Origin: a virus
Taxonomy: Duplodnaviria > Heunggongvirae > Uroviricota > Caudoviricetes
Strand: one strand, 5' to 3'
Virus record (IMG/VR): IMGVR_UViG_3300037420_000666
DNA: 14,365 bases
The translations under genes and the position numbers were made by a program. The notes under the pieces were generated by a model. The model had not been told where the DNA came from, did not search any database, and saw only the letters and a list, made by a program, of their open reading frames with translations. Within the stretch, counting starts at the first letter, position 1; every line of letters starts with the position of its first letter. Of this stretch, positions 7,484 to 13,416 are shown in pieces.

Positions 7484-8491
7484 TCAGGCCTCCAGCGCTT
7501 CGCCGCGCACCGCGATCAGCTTCTCCAGCCGCGTGCGCTCCTCGCCCTCGGGCAGCGTGGCCACGTCGTCGCCGATGAGCAACAACACCTGGGCGTCGCT
7601 GCAGCTGCCGATGCGCTGCTCCAACGCCACCACGTCCAGGCCCGGGGCAGCATCGGCGGCCGGCATGTCCACGGTGCGCGCAGCGTCGGCGTCGATCGCG
7701 GCTTGCTTCAGGCGCGGGTGGTGCTCGGCGAGGTGCTTGCGGTTGGCCGGGCCGGTGGACTTCCAGAATTCCTGGTACGCGGCCACGCCCTCGGCGGCGG
7801 CGTTCTCGGCGGCCTCCAGCAGGCCGGCGGGCATCTGCGGTGCTTCGGGCGCCTGCGGCTGCACGGTGTTGGCCGGGCCCATGTTCTTGGGTGGCGCGAT
7901 CTGCTCCAGCTCGTCGGGCGTGTAGATGCCCAGGATGGCGCCAGGCGTGTAGAGGCGGGCCCAGTTCTTGGCCTGCAGATATCCAAGCTGCTGTTTCGGG
8001 TTCGTCTTCCACAGCGGCGAATTCCTGGTCGTGACCGACTTCATGCACAGCCACTCGCCCCAGGTGATCTCCTGCTCGCCACGCAGCACCGCGCCCGCGC
8101 GGCACTCGACGGCTTCGCCGGTGCCCTTGAACTCGTACTTGAACGTGCCGTGGATCGCGCCGCTGGCCTGCACCACCGCGATGACCAGTTGCGCCTCGTA
8201 GCCCAGCGTGCCGTTGACCACGTGCGTCTTCTGGGCCACGGCGTAGGGGTTCATGCGCCACTGCGCGGCCTGCATCGCCACCGCCAGGCAGTCGCCCGTC
8301 TTGCCCTGCAGGTGCTTGGGCACGGTGATGGTGGCCTTGGCCATCTCCTGGGCCACCACGGCCAGGGCGTTCATGGTGGTGGCGTCCATCAGCAGGTCCA
8401 GCGCGCCAACGCGCGTCGGGCCTGCGGCCATGGCGGGCTGCTGCTCGATGGGGGCGGCCAGGGCCAGCGGTTGTTCGGTCATCGTGTTCAT
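7484..8491 (-). CDS. recT: RecT-family single-strand annealing protein
   Basis: 335-aa ORF. Motifs VPKHLQGKTGDCLAVAMQAAQWRMNPY...THVVNGTLGYEAQL...ECRAGAVLRGEQEITWGEWLCMKS fit the RecT/Red-beta family. ATG at 8491 preceded by GAGGA. Immediately upstream of the YqaJ exonuclease. Confidence 0.9.
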   Translation of the reverse strand: MNTMTEQPLALAAPIEQQPAMAAGPTRVGALDLLMDATTMNALAVVAQEMAKATITVPKHLQGKTGDCLAVAMQAAQWRMNPYAVAQKTHVVNGTLGYEAQLVIAVVQASGAIHGTFKYEFKGTGEAVECRAGAVLRGEQEITWGEWLCMKSVTTRNSPLWKTNPKQQLGYLQAKNWARLYTPGAILGIYTPDELEQIAPPKNMGPANTVQPQAPEAPQMPAGLLEAAENAAAEGVAAYQEFWKSTGPANRKHLAEHHPRLKQAAIDADAARTVDMPAADAAPGLDVVALEQRIGSCSDAQVLLLIGDDVATLPEGEERTRLEKLIAVRGEALEA

Positions 8492-8503
8492 GTGGTCCTC
8501 GGG

Positions 8504-8656
8504 TCAGTGAGAGAGGGCGCGCACCGCAGCGCGCAATGCGGTGAAGGGGCGGGCCCCGATGGCGCGCCAGGCGGTCCAGCAGGCGGCCACGCGGCGGCCG
8601 GCGCCGGGGATCTGGATGTGCGCCGTGGCGGCGCGGGAGGCGGTTGCTGCGTCCAC
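8504..8656 (-). CDS. Possible small ORF (about 50 aa), uncertain
   Basis: Fills the 167-bp gap between the zinc-finger gene stop (8659-8661) and the RecT start. Would start at GTG 8656, 2 nt after that stop. Product is low complexity (A/R-rich) and may be an artefact of GC-rich sequence. Confidence 0.2.
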   Translation of the reverse strand: MDAATASRAATAHIQIPGAGRRVAACWTAWRAIGARPFTALRAAVRALSH

Positions 8657-8658
8657 GG

Positions 8659-9135
8659 TCAGGCTCCCTTGCAGAAGTCGATGAGGGCGCGCACGCCGCG
8701 GCGGCGCTGGGTGGTGCCTCGCACGATCCAAAGGCCGGTGCCGGGCCAGAAGTCCACAAGCTGCTTCTGTCCGGCTCGCACAACCAGGTGCGCGCCGTCG
8801 TTCTTGCTTGTGAACTGGATGCCTTGCTCGGCCAGCATCTGCGCGCCCTCGGCGCGGTTGTTGGCGCGGCGCTGCTGGTCGGCCTGGATGTCGCCTTTCA
8901 CGGCGCGCCAGAAGTCGCCTACCGTTTCGCCGTCGTCATCGTCGCGCGGGCTCTTGGGAGGCTTGATGCCGTGCGCGTCCTTGCGGTGCTGGCTCAACTG
9001 CTCCGGCTGCGCAAAGCGGCGCGTGCACTTGTCGCAAGCGTGCGGCTTCTCTTGCTTGGCCGGCTGCTGGGTGGCGGCCTTGACCTTGCGGCGGTGCGCG
9101 TCGCGCTCGCGCCAGATGTCTCCGATGTCTCCCAT
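8659..9135 (-). CDS. Phage protein with a classical C2H2-type zinc finger
   Basis: Start set at ATG 9135 (MGDIGDIWRERDAH...) with GGAG upstream; the longer frame begins at TTG 9180. Contains CDKC-x12-H-x4-H (HACDKCTRRFAQPEQLSQHRKDAHG), which is C-x2-C-x12-H-x4-H spacing. The C-terminal half (GAHLVVRAGQKQLVDFWPGTGLWIVRG) was not recognised. Confidence 0.7.
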   Translation of the reverse strand: MGDIGDIWRERDAHRRKVKAATQQPAKQEKPHACDKCTRRFAQPEQLSQHRKDAHGIKPPKSPRDDDDGETVGDFWRAVKGDIQADQQRRANNRAEGAQMLAEQGIQFTSKNDGAHLVVRAGQKQLVDFWPGTGLWIVRGTTQRRRGVRALIDFCKGA

Positions 9136-9136
9136 G

Positions 9137-9229
9137 TCAGGCTCCAACGAGGACGCGGAACGCGTAGCCCGCGAGCGCAATCAGCGCCGTGCCGGCCATC
9201 ACGATCAGCTCGGGTGCGATGCGGTTCAT
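9137..9229 (-). CDS. Putative 30-aa hydrophobic micro-protein
   Basis: MNRIAPELIVMAGTALIALAGYAFRVLVGA, a single predicted transmembrane helix. Its ATG shares ATGA with the upstream stop (9226-9229) and its stop lies 1 nt before the next start (9135). The longer 87-aa frame has an implausible N-terminus overlapping neighbours. Confidence 0.4.
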   Translation of the reverse strand: MNRIAPELIVMAGTALIALAGYAFRVLVGA

Positions 9230-9363
9230 GCGGCACCCCGGCGCAGCTTCTTCAGCTGCTCGATGTCGGCACGGATCAGGGCGCGCGTGGCGGCCTTCAC
9301 TTCGGCGCAGTTCCGGCGCGGCAGAAGGATCTGCAGCGCGCGCTCGATGACTGCGGCGCTCAT
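9226..9363 (-). CDS. Hypothetical 45-aa protein
   Basis: Internal ATG 9363 (MSAAVIERALQILLPRRNCAEVKAATRALIRADIEQLKKLRRGAA) with GAGG upstream. Start lies adjacent to the upstream gene's stop codon (9360-9362) and its stop overlaps the next start. Likely helical. Confidence 0.45.
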   Translation of the reverse strand: MSAAVIERALQILLPRRNCAEVKAATRALIRADIEQLKKLRRGAA

Positions 9364-9866
9364 GCCGCGAGCCTCGACTGGTAGGCGTCGATCGCCGCAT
9401 CCGTCTTGGCCGCCTCGCACTCCAGGCGGTAGTCGCGCTCGCACGCGGCTTGCCACAGCTCGGCCGTCCTCGTGTCGATCAGGTCGGCGTCCAGGCCGTT
9501 CACGCGCTCCAGGATCACCAGCGGGCTCACGCGGCCGCTGGGGTCCTCGTCGGTCTCAATGCGGTACTGCAGCAGCACCGGGCGAATGCCGGCCTGCATG
9601 GTGCAGGTGTAGACGCCGCGCTCTTTGGAGGCGCCCAGGTACTGCTCCAGGTTGCTGATCTCGCGACACAGCGCGTGCACGTGGCCACGCAGGTTGCTCG
9701 CCTCGATGCGCGAGGCGCACAGCTCGCGGCGCAGCAGGCGCTCGGCGTCGGTGCGGCTCGTGAGGTCGTCGCCGTTCTCGGCGGCGCGGGCCTCGCCGAG
9801 CTGGGCGCACGTCGCGGCGATGCGCTCGGCGCGGTCCTGGGGGCGGGTGGTGGCGATGGCGGCCAT
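9360..9866 (-). CDS. Hypothetical phage early protein
   Basis: 168 aa from ATG 9866 (the track's first M at 9869 is GTG). Start overlaps the upstream stop (TGATG). No family recognised. Confidence 0.65.
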   Translation of the reverse strand: MAAIATTRPQDRAERIAATCAQLGEARAAENGDDLTSRTDAERLLRRELCASRIEASNLRGHVHALCREISNLEQYLGASKERGVYTCTMQAGIRPVLLQYRIETDEDPSGRVSPLVILERVNGLDADLIDTRTAELWQAACERDYRLECEAAKTDAAIDAYQSRLAA

Positions 9867-10513
9867 CACTTGCCCTCCGCTGCGGCGCCGTCATCCATCG
9901 GGTCGAAGACGCTGCCGTACATCGCGCGGTGCATCTCGTTCGCGGCAGCAAACGGACTCCCTCCCGTTTCGCGCTGCTCCATGGCGATTGCCATGATGTC
10001 CATGCCCTTGATCTGCTCGCGCAGCGCTTGCACCTCTGCATTCAGCCGTTGGATCTCCGCGTCGCGCGGGTCCGCCTGCGCCACCGTGCCGCCGCCTTGC
10101 ACCTCCGCTGCAGCGATGGCCTTGTCCAGATCGTCGCGGGCGCCGTTCCGGCTGCTCAGCAGGGAGAAGTAGTTCGGAGCGTTGGGGCCCTGCAGCTCGC
10201 GGTTGTCCAGCGCGTCCTGTGCGTCCAGGAAGTCGGTCAGCGCCGCCACCACGTTCAGCAGCTCGTCGCGCTGCTCGCGCAACTTCTGCGCCTCGGCAGC
10301 CAGTGCCGGCGCAGACGCCACCAATTGCGCTCTCGCTTCATCCGCCGCGTCGTCTGCGCCGTCGCTGTGGCACATGAAGCAGACGGTGGTGTCGGCGTCG
10401 CGCATGACGTGGCGGCTCCACTGCATGTATGGGCGCGGGTCGCGCTCAATGAACCAGCGTTCTTGCTGGACTGCCTGCGCCGTCCCGGCGCTGGTGTTGG
10501 TTTGGTCGGCCAT
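9866..10513 (-). CDS. Hypothetical phage early protein
   Basis: 215 aa, ATG at 10513, 4 nt after the upstream stop. Has a CxxC-like pair (VCFMCHSDG) and an acidic, coiled-coil-like C-terminal half. No family recognised. Confidence 0.65.
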   Translation of the reverse strand: MADQTNTSAGTAQAVQQERWFIERDPRPYMQWSRHVMRDADTTVCFMCHSDGADDAADEARAQLVASAPALAAEAQKLREQRDELLNVVAALTDFLDAQDALDNRELQGPNAPNYFSLLSSRNGARDDLDKAIAAAEVQGGGTVAQADPRDAEIQRLNAEVQALREQIKGMDIMAIAMEQRETGGSPFAAANEMHRAMYGSVFDPMDDGAAAEGK

Positions 10514-10516
10514 GGC

Positions 10517-10780
10517 TCAGGCCCCCAGGCGAGCGATCAGCATGGCGTCGGCCATGGCGTAGGCGCGGCGGGCATCGTCAAGACGGCCCGCCGTCGTGCT
10601 GCTCTCGCCGCGCTGCTCCATGACCATCGGCAGCGCCGCGACCGCGAAGTAGTCGCGCAGCGTCATGCCGGCCTGCGCGTGGCTGTAAATCTGCGTCTCG
10701 TGCAGCGTGGCCGGGCGCGCGAACGCCGGCCCGCCGTCGTTGATCTGCTGCGCCGCCCCGGCGCGGGTGGTGTCTGCCAT
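10517..10780 (-). CDS. Hypothetical protein, first gene of the leftward early operon
   Basis: 87 aa, ATG at 10780 preceded by GGAGGA, about 30 bp downstream of the PL-like promoter and operators. Occupies the position lambda N holds, but no N-like arginine-rich motif was seen. Confidence 0.6.
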   Translation of the reverse strand: MADTTRAGAAQQINDGGPAFARPATLHETQIYSHAQAGMTLRDYFAVAALPMVMEQRGESSTTAGRLDDARRAYAMADAMLIARLGA

Positions 10781-10806
10781 GTGTCCTCCGTGGGGTTGAT
10801 GGAGGA

Positions 10807-10835
10807 ATGTTAGGCATAGCCTTACTTGCCGTCAA
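10807..10835 (-). promoter_or_regulatory. PL-like early-left promoter (candidate -35 TTGACG, 17-bp spacer, -10 TAACAT on the minus strand)
   Basis: Minus strand reads TTGACG (top 10830-10835), a 17-bp spacer, TAACAT (top 10807-10812), then GGAGGA and the ATG at 10780. Operator repeats lie in the spacer and just upstream of the -35. Confidence 0.45.
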
Positions 10836-10848
10836 TAGGCTGCGCCTA
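10808..10848. promoter_or_regulatory. OL-like operator pair for the CI-like repressor
   Basis: TGTTAGGCATAGCCTTA (10808-10824; inverted arms AGGC/GCCT around a 3-bp spacer) and the perfect 13-bp palindrome TAGGCTGCGCCTA (10836-10848), centres about 25 bp apart. The 17-mer recurs exactly at 12793-12809. Confidence 0.55.
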
Positions 10849-11006
10849 CTTTTTGTTTGGCGGCGCCTTATCTGCTCGATGTGAAAGGCCCGTCGGGTAG
10901 CGGGCGCAGGAGTGCTGTAGCGCGCCGCCGCACTGCGACGCGCGGCCTACTGCTTCACCGTCCACGCGCTGGCCCGCATTGCTGCGCAGCGCATTCCCCA
11001 GACGTG

Positions 11007-11028
11007 AAAAAGCCCGCACGAGGCGGGC
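11007..11028 (-). terminator. Intrinsic (rho-independent) terminator of the repressor/cargo transcript
   Basis: On the minus strand a GC stem GCCCGC(11023-11028)/GCGGGC(11012-11017) with a 5-nt loop is followed directly by UUUUU (top AAAAA 11007-11011). Lies about 30 nt downstream of the J-domain gene stop (11060) and upstream of the PL region. Confidence 0.55.
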
Positions 11029-11059
11029 GCTTGGCTTGGCAGTGCGGCGGCGGCAGTGC

Positions 11060-11590
11060 TTAGTTTCGTCCGATCCAGCGGATACCAAGCCAGGCCAAGC
11101 CCGAAAGCAATGGAAGCGACAAGTTCAGGGCCAGGAACCCGTTCTCGGTAAGGTTGTAGTCCCATCTCCAGATGACACCCCAGAGCTGCACAGCAACTAC
11201 CCACAGAATGCTGGCAACAATCCAGGCGCGTGTCCGTCGCCTGCACTGCTCGCGGATCGCCTTCAAGCGCACTTCTGGCTTGGCAGCCTCAAGCACCGAC
11301 AGCAGCTTGGCGTGCCCGCCTCCATCTGCATATCGAAGGTAAGCGTCGTACTTCTTGCGCCGCTCCGGGTCTCCGAGGGTGTGCAAGGCCTGCTGAGTGA
11401 GCGCATACCGGGCGGGCGCGTCCTTGCTGCCACAGCCCGTTTTTGGGTGGTAAGTGGCGCTGAAAAAGCTGTGCGCCATTTCTATGTAGTCTTGCGTGGC
11501 ATTCGGCTGTAAATCAAGAACTCGATAGAAATCAACGATTCCATCTGCCCTTTTGAACTCGTCTAATACACGCTGCGCATCCTCGTCCAT
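11060..11590 (-). CDS. Membrane-anchored J-domain (DnaJ-like) protein with HPK in place of HPD
   Basis: 176 aa. Residues about 20-85 align along the whole J-domain pattern (DFYRVLDLQPNATQDYIEMAHSFFSATYHPKTG...ALHTLGDPERRKKYDAYL versus DnaJ DYYEILGV...YHPDRN...AYEVLTDSQKRAAYDQYG). The tripeptide is HPK (codons CAC CCA AAA, top 11441-11449). Two C-terminal hydrophobic segments (AWIVASILWVVAVQLWGVIW, FLALNLSLPLLSGLAWLGIRWI). Lower GC than the flanks; in the repressor-cargo region. Confidence 0.75.
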   Translation of the reverse strand: MDEDAQRVLDEFKRADGIVDFYRVLDLQPNATQDYIEMAHSFFSATYHPKTGCGSKDAPARYALTQQALHTLGDPERRKKYDAYLRYADGGGHAKLLSVLEAAKPEVRLKAIREQCRRRTRAWIVASILWVVAVQLWGVIWRWDYNLTENGFLALNLSLPLLSGLAWLGIRWIGRN

Positions 11591-11645
11591 ACCGCTCCCT
11601 TGTGATTATATTTAGCGAATTAACCTGAAATCAGTTTCGAATTTC

Positions 11646-11657
11646 TCGAATATTCGA
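11646..11657. promoter_or_regulatory. Perfect 12-bp palindrome TCGAATATTCGA with adjacent TTCGAA, upstream of the J-domain gene
   Basis: Located in the AT-rich 78-bp spacer between the 77-aa ORF and the J-domain gene. A perfect TATAAT (minus strand, top 11605-11610) lies 14 nt upstream of that gene's ATG. Candidate regulator-binding site and internal promoter. Confidence 0.35.
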
Positions 11658-11668
11658 TTGCGAGTGAG

Positions 11669-11902
11669 TCAGCGTATTCGCTGAGCCAATTCATCATCAA
11701 GCGCAGCTAACATCCCGCGAGCAAATGTTGGATTCCGATGGGCTTCGCCGCTGGTATTTACAACGAACCCTCGTTGTTTTGTCATTGCGGCGTATGCGAC
11801 CCCTATCACTTCGCCTCGTTCCGCTCGCTCCAGAAGGTTTCTTAAGTCGGCCACCACGTCGTGTGGGGCCTCCTCCCGAACGAGGCGAAACGGAGGCTTC
11901 AT
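11669..11902 (-). CDS. Hypothetical 77-aa protein coupled to the repressor gene
   Basis: ATG overlaps the repressor stop (ATGA at 11899-11902) and is preceded by AAGGAAA. Sequence MKPPFRLVREEAPHDVVADLRNLLERAERGEVIGVAYAAMTKQRGFVVNTSGEAHRNPTFARGMLAALDDELAQRIR; no family recognised. Lower GC than the flanks. Confidence 0.55.
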   Translation of the reverse strand: MKPPFRLVREEAPHDVVADLRNLLERAERGEVIGVAYAAMTKQRGFVVNTSGEAHRNPTFARGMLAALDDELAQRIR

Positions 11903-12744
11903 GACTTCTTTTCCTTGCCGCTTTCATCGGTACGGATGATCCGCTCCATGCCCGGCATGGGGCGGTCGCTGAAGTACTTACCGCCGGGCGGCTGTTCCTT
12001 CTGAACCGGAACAGCGCGCGCGGTGCGCCCGATCCTTTCCAAGAATCGAGGCAATTCCTCCCGTGGTTTTATTTTTCGTGCCGGCACAGGGTGCGGCACG
12101 TAATAGACCCAAGTTACTTCGGTGGGGCTGAAACTTAAAACTTCCGGCGAGTTATAACTTCCAAATCTCCACCCGCCGCGCCGGCTCAGCAGTCGCTTGA
12201 GCATAGTCGAACCATCGGCCAAGCGCACAAGAACGTCATCCTCAAGATCGGGGTCGCTGCTTGGCTCGACTAGCGCATATTCGTTTGGCATGTATTTGGG
12301 GATCATCGAATCTCCGACGACCCGGCAGACAAACGCGTAATCGTCGCTGCTGAGCACCTCGGCAAATTCGGTGGCCTCCGAAAGCCAGTTGTCATCGAAT
12401 ATCCGCTCCGGCATTCCTCCCTGGCAGGTGCCGCACACGTAGACCGGGCGGACGCTGCGCGCCGGGAGTGTCTGAGGCGGAGCACTCTCTGTCGCAACCA
12501 TGACTGACAGGCCAGCACTGACCGTGCCCGGGTAGGCCGTCAGGCCCCAATGCTCCGGCCCAACCACATTTGCAAACAGAGCCCAGAGCCCCGGCAGCTT
12601 CTCCTTCGAGATGGTTCCGCGGTTCACCCAGTCCTGGATCGTCGGCGGCTTGACCCCGAAATGCTCCGCCAGGGCTTTCTTGGTGATGCCCTTTTTTAGT
12701 CTGGCCGCCTCGATGGCTTGCCCTAGTTCGATCCCGGTAAGCAT
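11899..12744 (-). CDS. CI/LexA-like prophage repressor (N-terminal XRE-type HTH, C-terminal S24 peptidase domain)
   Basis: 281 aa. N-terminal HTH (LGQAIEAARLKKGITKKALAEHFGVKPPTIQDWVNRG) and an S24 autoproteolysis domain with Ser and Lys motifs (VVGDSMIPKYMPNEYALV ... DGSTMLKRL). Carries an unusual ~60-aa C-terminal tail. Divergent from a Cro-like gene; AGGA lies 10 nt upstream of the ATG. Confidence 0.9.
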   Translation of the reverse strand: MLTGIELGQAIEAARLKKGITKKALAEHFGVKPPTIQDWVNRGTISKEKLPGLWALFANVVGPEHWGLTAYPGTVSAGLSVMVATESAPPQTLPARSVRPVYVCGTCQGGMPERIFDDNWLSEATEFAEVLSSDDYAFVCRVVGDSMIPKYMPNEYALVEPSSDPDLEDDVLVRLADGSTMLKRLLSRRGGWRFGSYNSPEVLSFSPTEVTWVYYVPHPVPARKIKPREELPRFLERIGRTARAVPVQKEQPPGGKYFSDRPMPGMERIIRTDESGKEKKS

Positions 12745-12760
12745 CGCCTAATGGTCCTGA

Positions 12761-12813
12761 TAAGGCAGTGAGTAGGCAATTCCTTGCAGAATTGTTAGGC
12801 ATAGCCTTATCAT
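12761..12813. promoter_or_regulatory. OR-like operator/promoter region between the repressor and Cro-like genes
   Basis: Contains TGTTAGGCATAGCCTTA (12793-12809, identical to 10808-10824), an imperfect copy TAGGCAATTCCT (12773-12784) and half-site TAAGGC (12761-12766). Candidate rightward promoter: -35 TTGCAG (12784-12789), -10 TATCAT (12808-13), which places the transcript start at or next to the cro ATG (12820). Confidence 0.5.
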
Positions 12814-12819
12814 GGCGCC

Positions 12820-13119
12820 ATGAACGATCCCATCAACGACCTCGGCGGTCCGACTGCGGTGGCAAAGATGCTGTGCATCAAGGCCCCGTCCGTCGTCCAG
12901 TGGAAAGGCCGCATTCCGGCTGAACGGCGCGTGGACCTGGAGCGCGTCGCCTACCCCAAGTTCTGGGTTGAGCGCGCCGGCGACGACGTGCGCTGGCAGC
13001 GCGTGCCCGATCCCGAGTGGCCGCATCCCGATGGCCGCCCTTGTATCGACGTTGCCGCGATGCGCCCCCCGCTCCCCCAAGCCGCCGCCGCAGCTCCCCA
13101 GGCTGTGGCTGCGAGCTGA
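12820..13119 (+). CDS. Cro/YdaS-like HTH regulator
   Basis: 99 aa. DLGGPTAVAKMLCIKAPSVVQWKGRIPAERRVDLERV matches the YdaS/Cro-type HTH pattern (...QW..rG.iPaeR...iE..). Divergent from the repressor across the operator region. No Shine-Dalgarno upstream, so possibly leaderless. Confidence 0.75.
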   Translation: MNDPINDLGGPTAVAKMLCIKAPSVVQWKGRIPAERRVDLERVAYPKFWVERAGDDVRWQRVPDPEWPHPDGRPCIDVAAMRPPLPQAAAAAPQAVAAS

Positions 13120-13161
13120 CGCGCTCGCCCAGGCCCCACACCAAAAAGCAGGACCGAGAGG

Positions 13162-13416
13162 ATGCAAATGCAACCGGAGGACATGCCGTCCATGAGCTCT
13201 GACCTTTGCGATTTCAGAGGGAAGCTGACAGTCGAGGCCATGGCCATGCTGGAAGGCGAGGCCGCGGTTACCGGCGACGACAAGTCGGTGATCGCCCGCA
13301 GGGTGCTTCACGCCTGGGCCATGAGAAAGATGCATGCCCACAAGATCGCGCAACGCTGGCTTGCCGTCGAGGGACATGCGACGCCCGAACGGGGCGGTTC
13401 GGGGAGCCTGGCGTAA
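13162..13416 (+). CDS. Hypothetical early protein (CII-position)
   Basis: 84 aa, ATG at 13162 preceded by GAGAGGA. Its stop overlaps the next start (TAATG at 13414-13418). No family recognised. Confidence 0.55.
   Translation: MQMQPEDMPSMSSDLCDFRGKLTVEAMAMLEGEAAVTGDDKSVIARRVLHAWAMRKMHAHKIAQRWLAVEGHATPERGGSGSLA

Noticed and set aside
7049-9658. 869-aa plus-strand ORF spanning the exonuclease, RecT and zinc-finger region
   Set aside because: It is antisense to genes with clear family signatures, and its product is R/A/G-rich low complexity. Long stop-free antisense frames are expected in ~70% GC DNA.
10846-11246. Small ORFs in the PL-to-J-domain intergenic region (10846-11088, 10857-11063, 10947-11246)
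   Set aside because: They overlap the terminator hairpins and the J-domain gene's 3' end, have no RBS, and their products are not protein-like. The region is better explained as regulatory.
10979-11512. 177-aa plus-strand ORF opposite the J-domain gene
   Set aside because: The minus-strand frame aligns along the whole J-domain and carries TM helices; the plus-strand product has no recognisable features.
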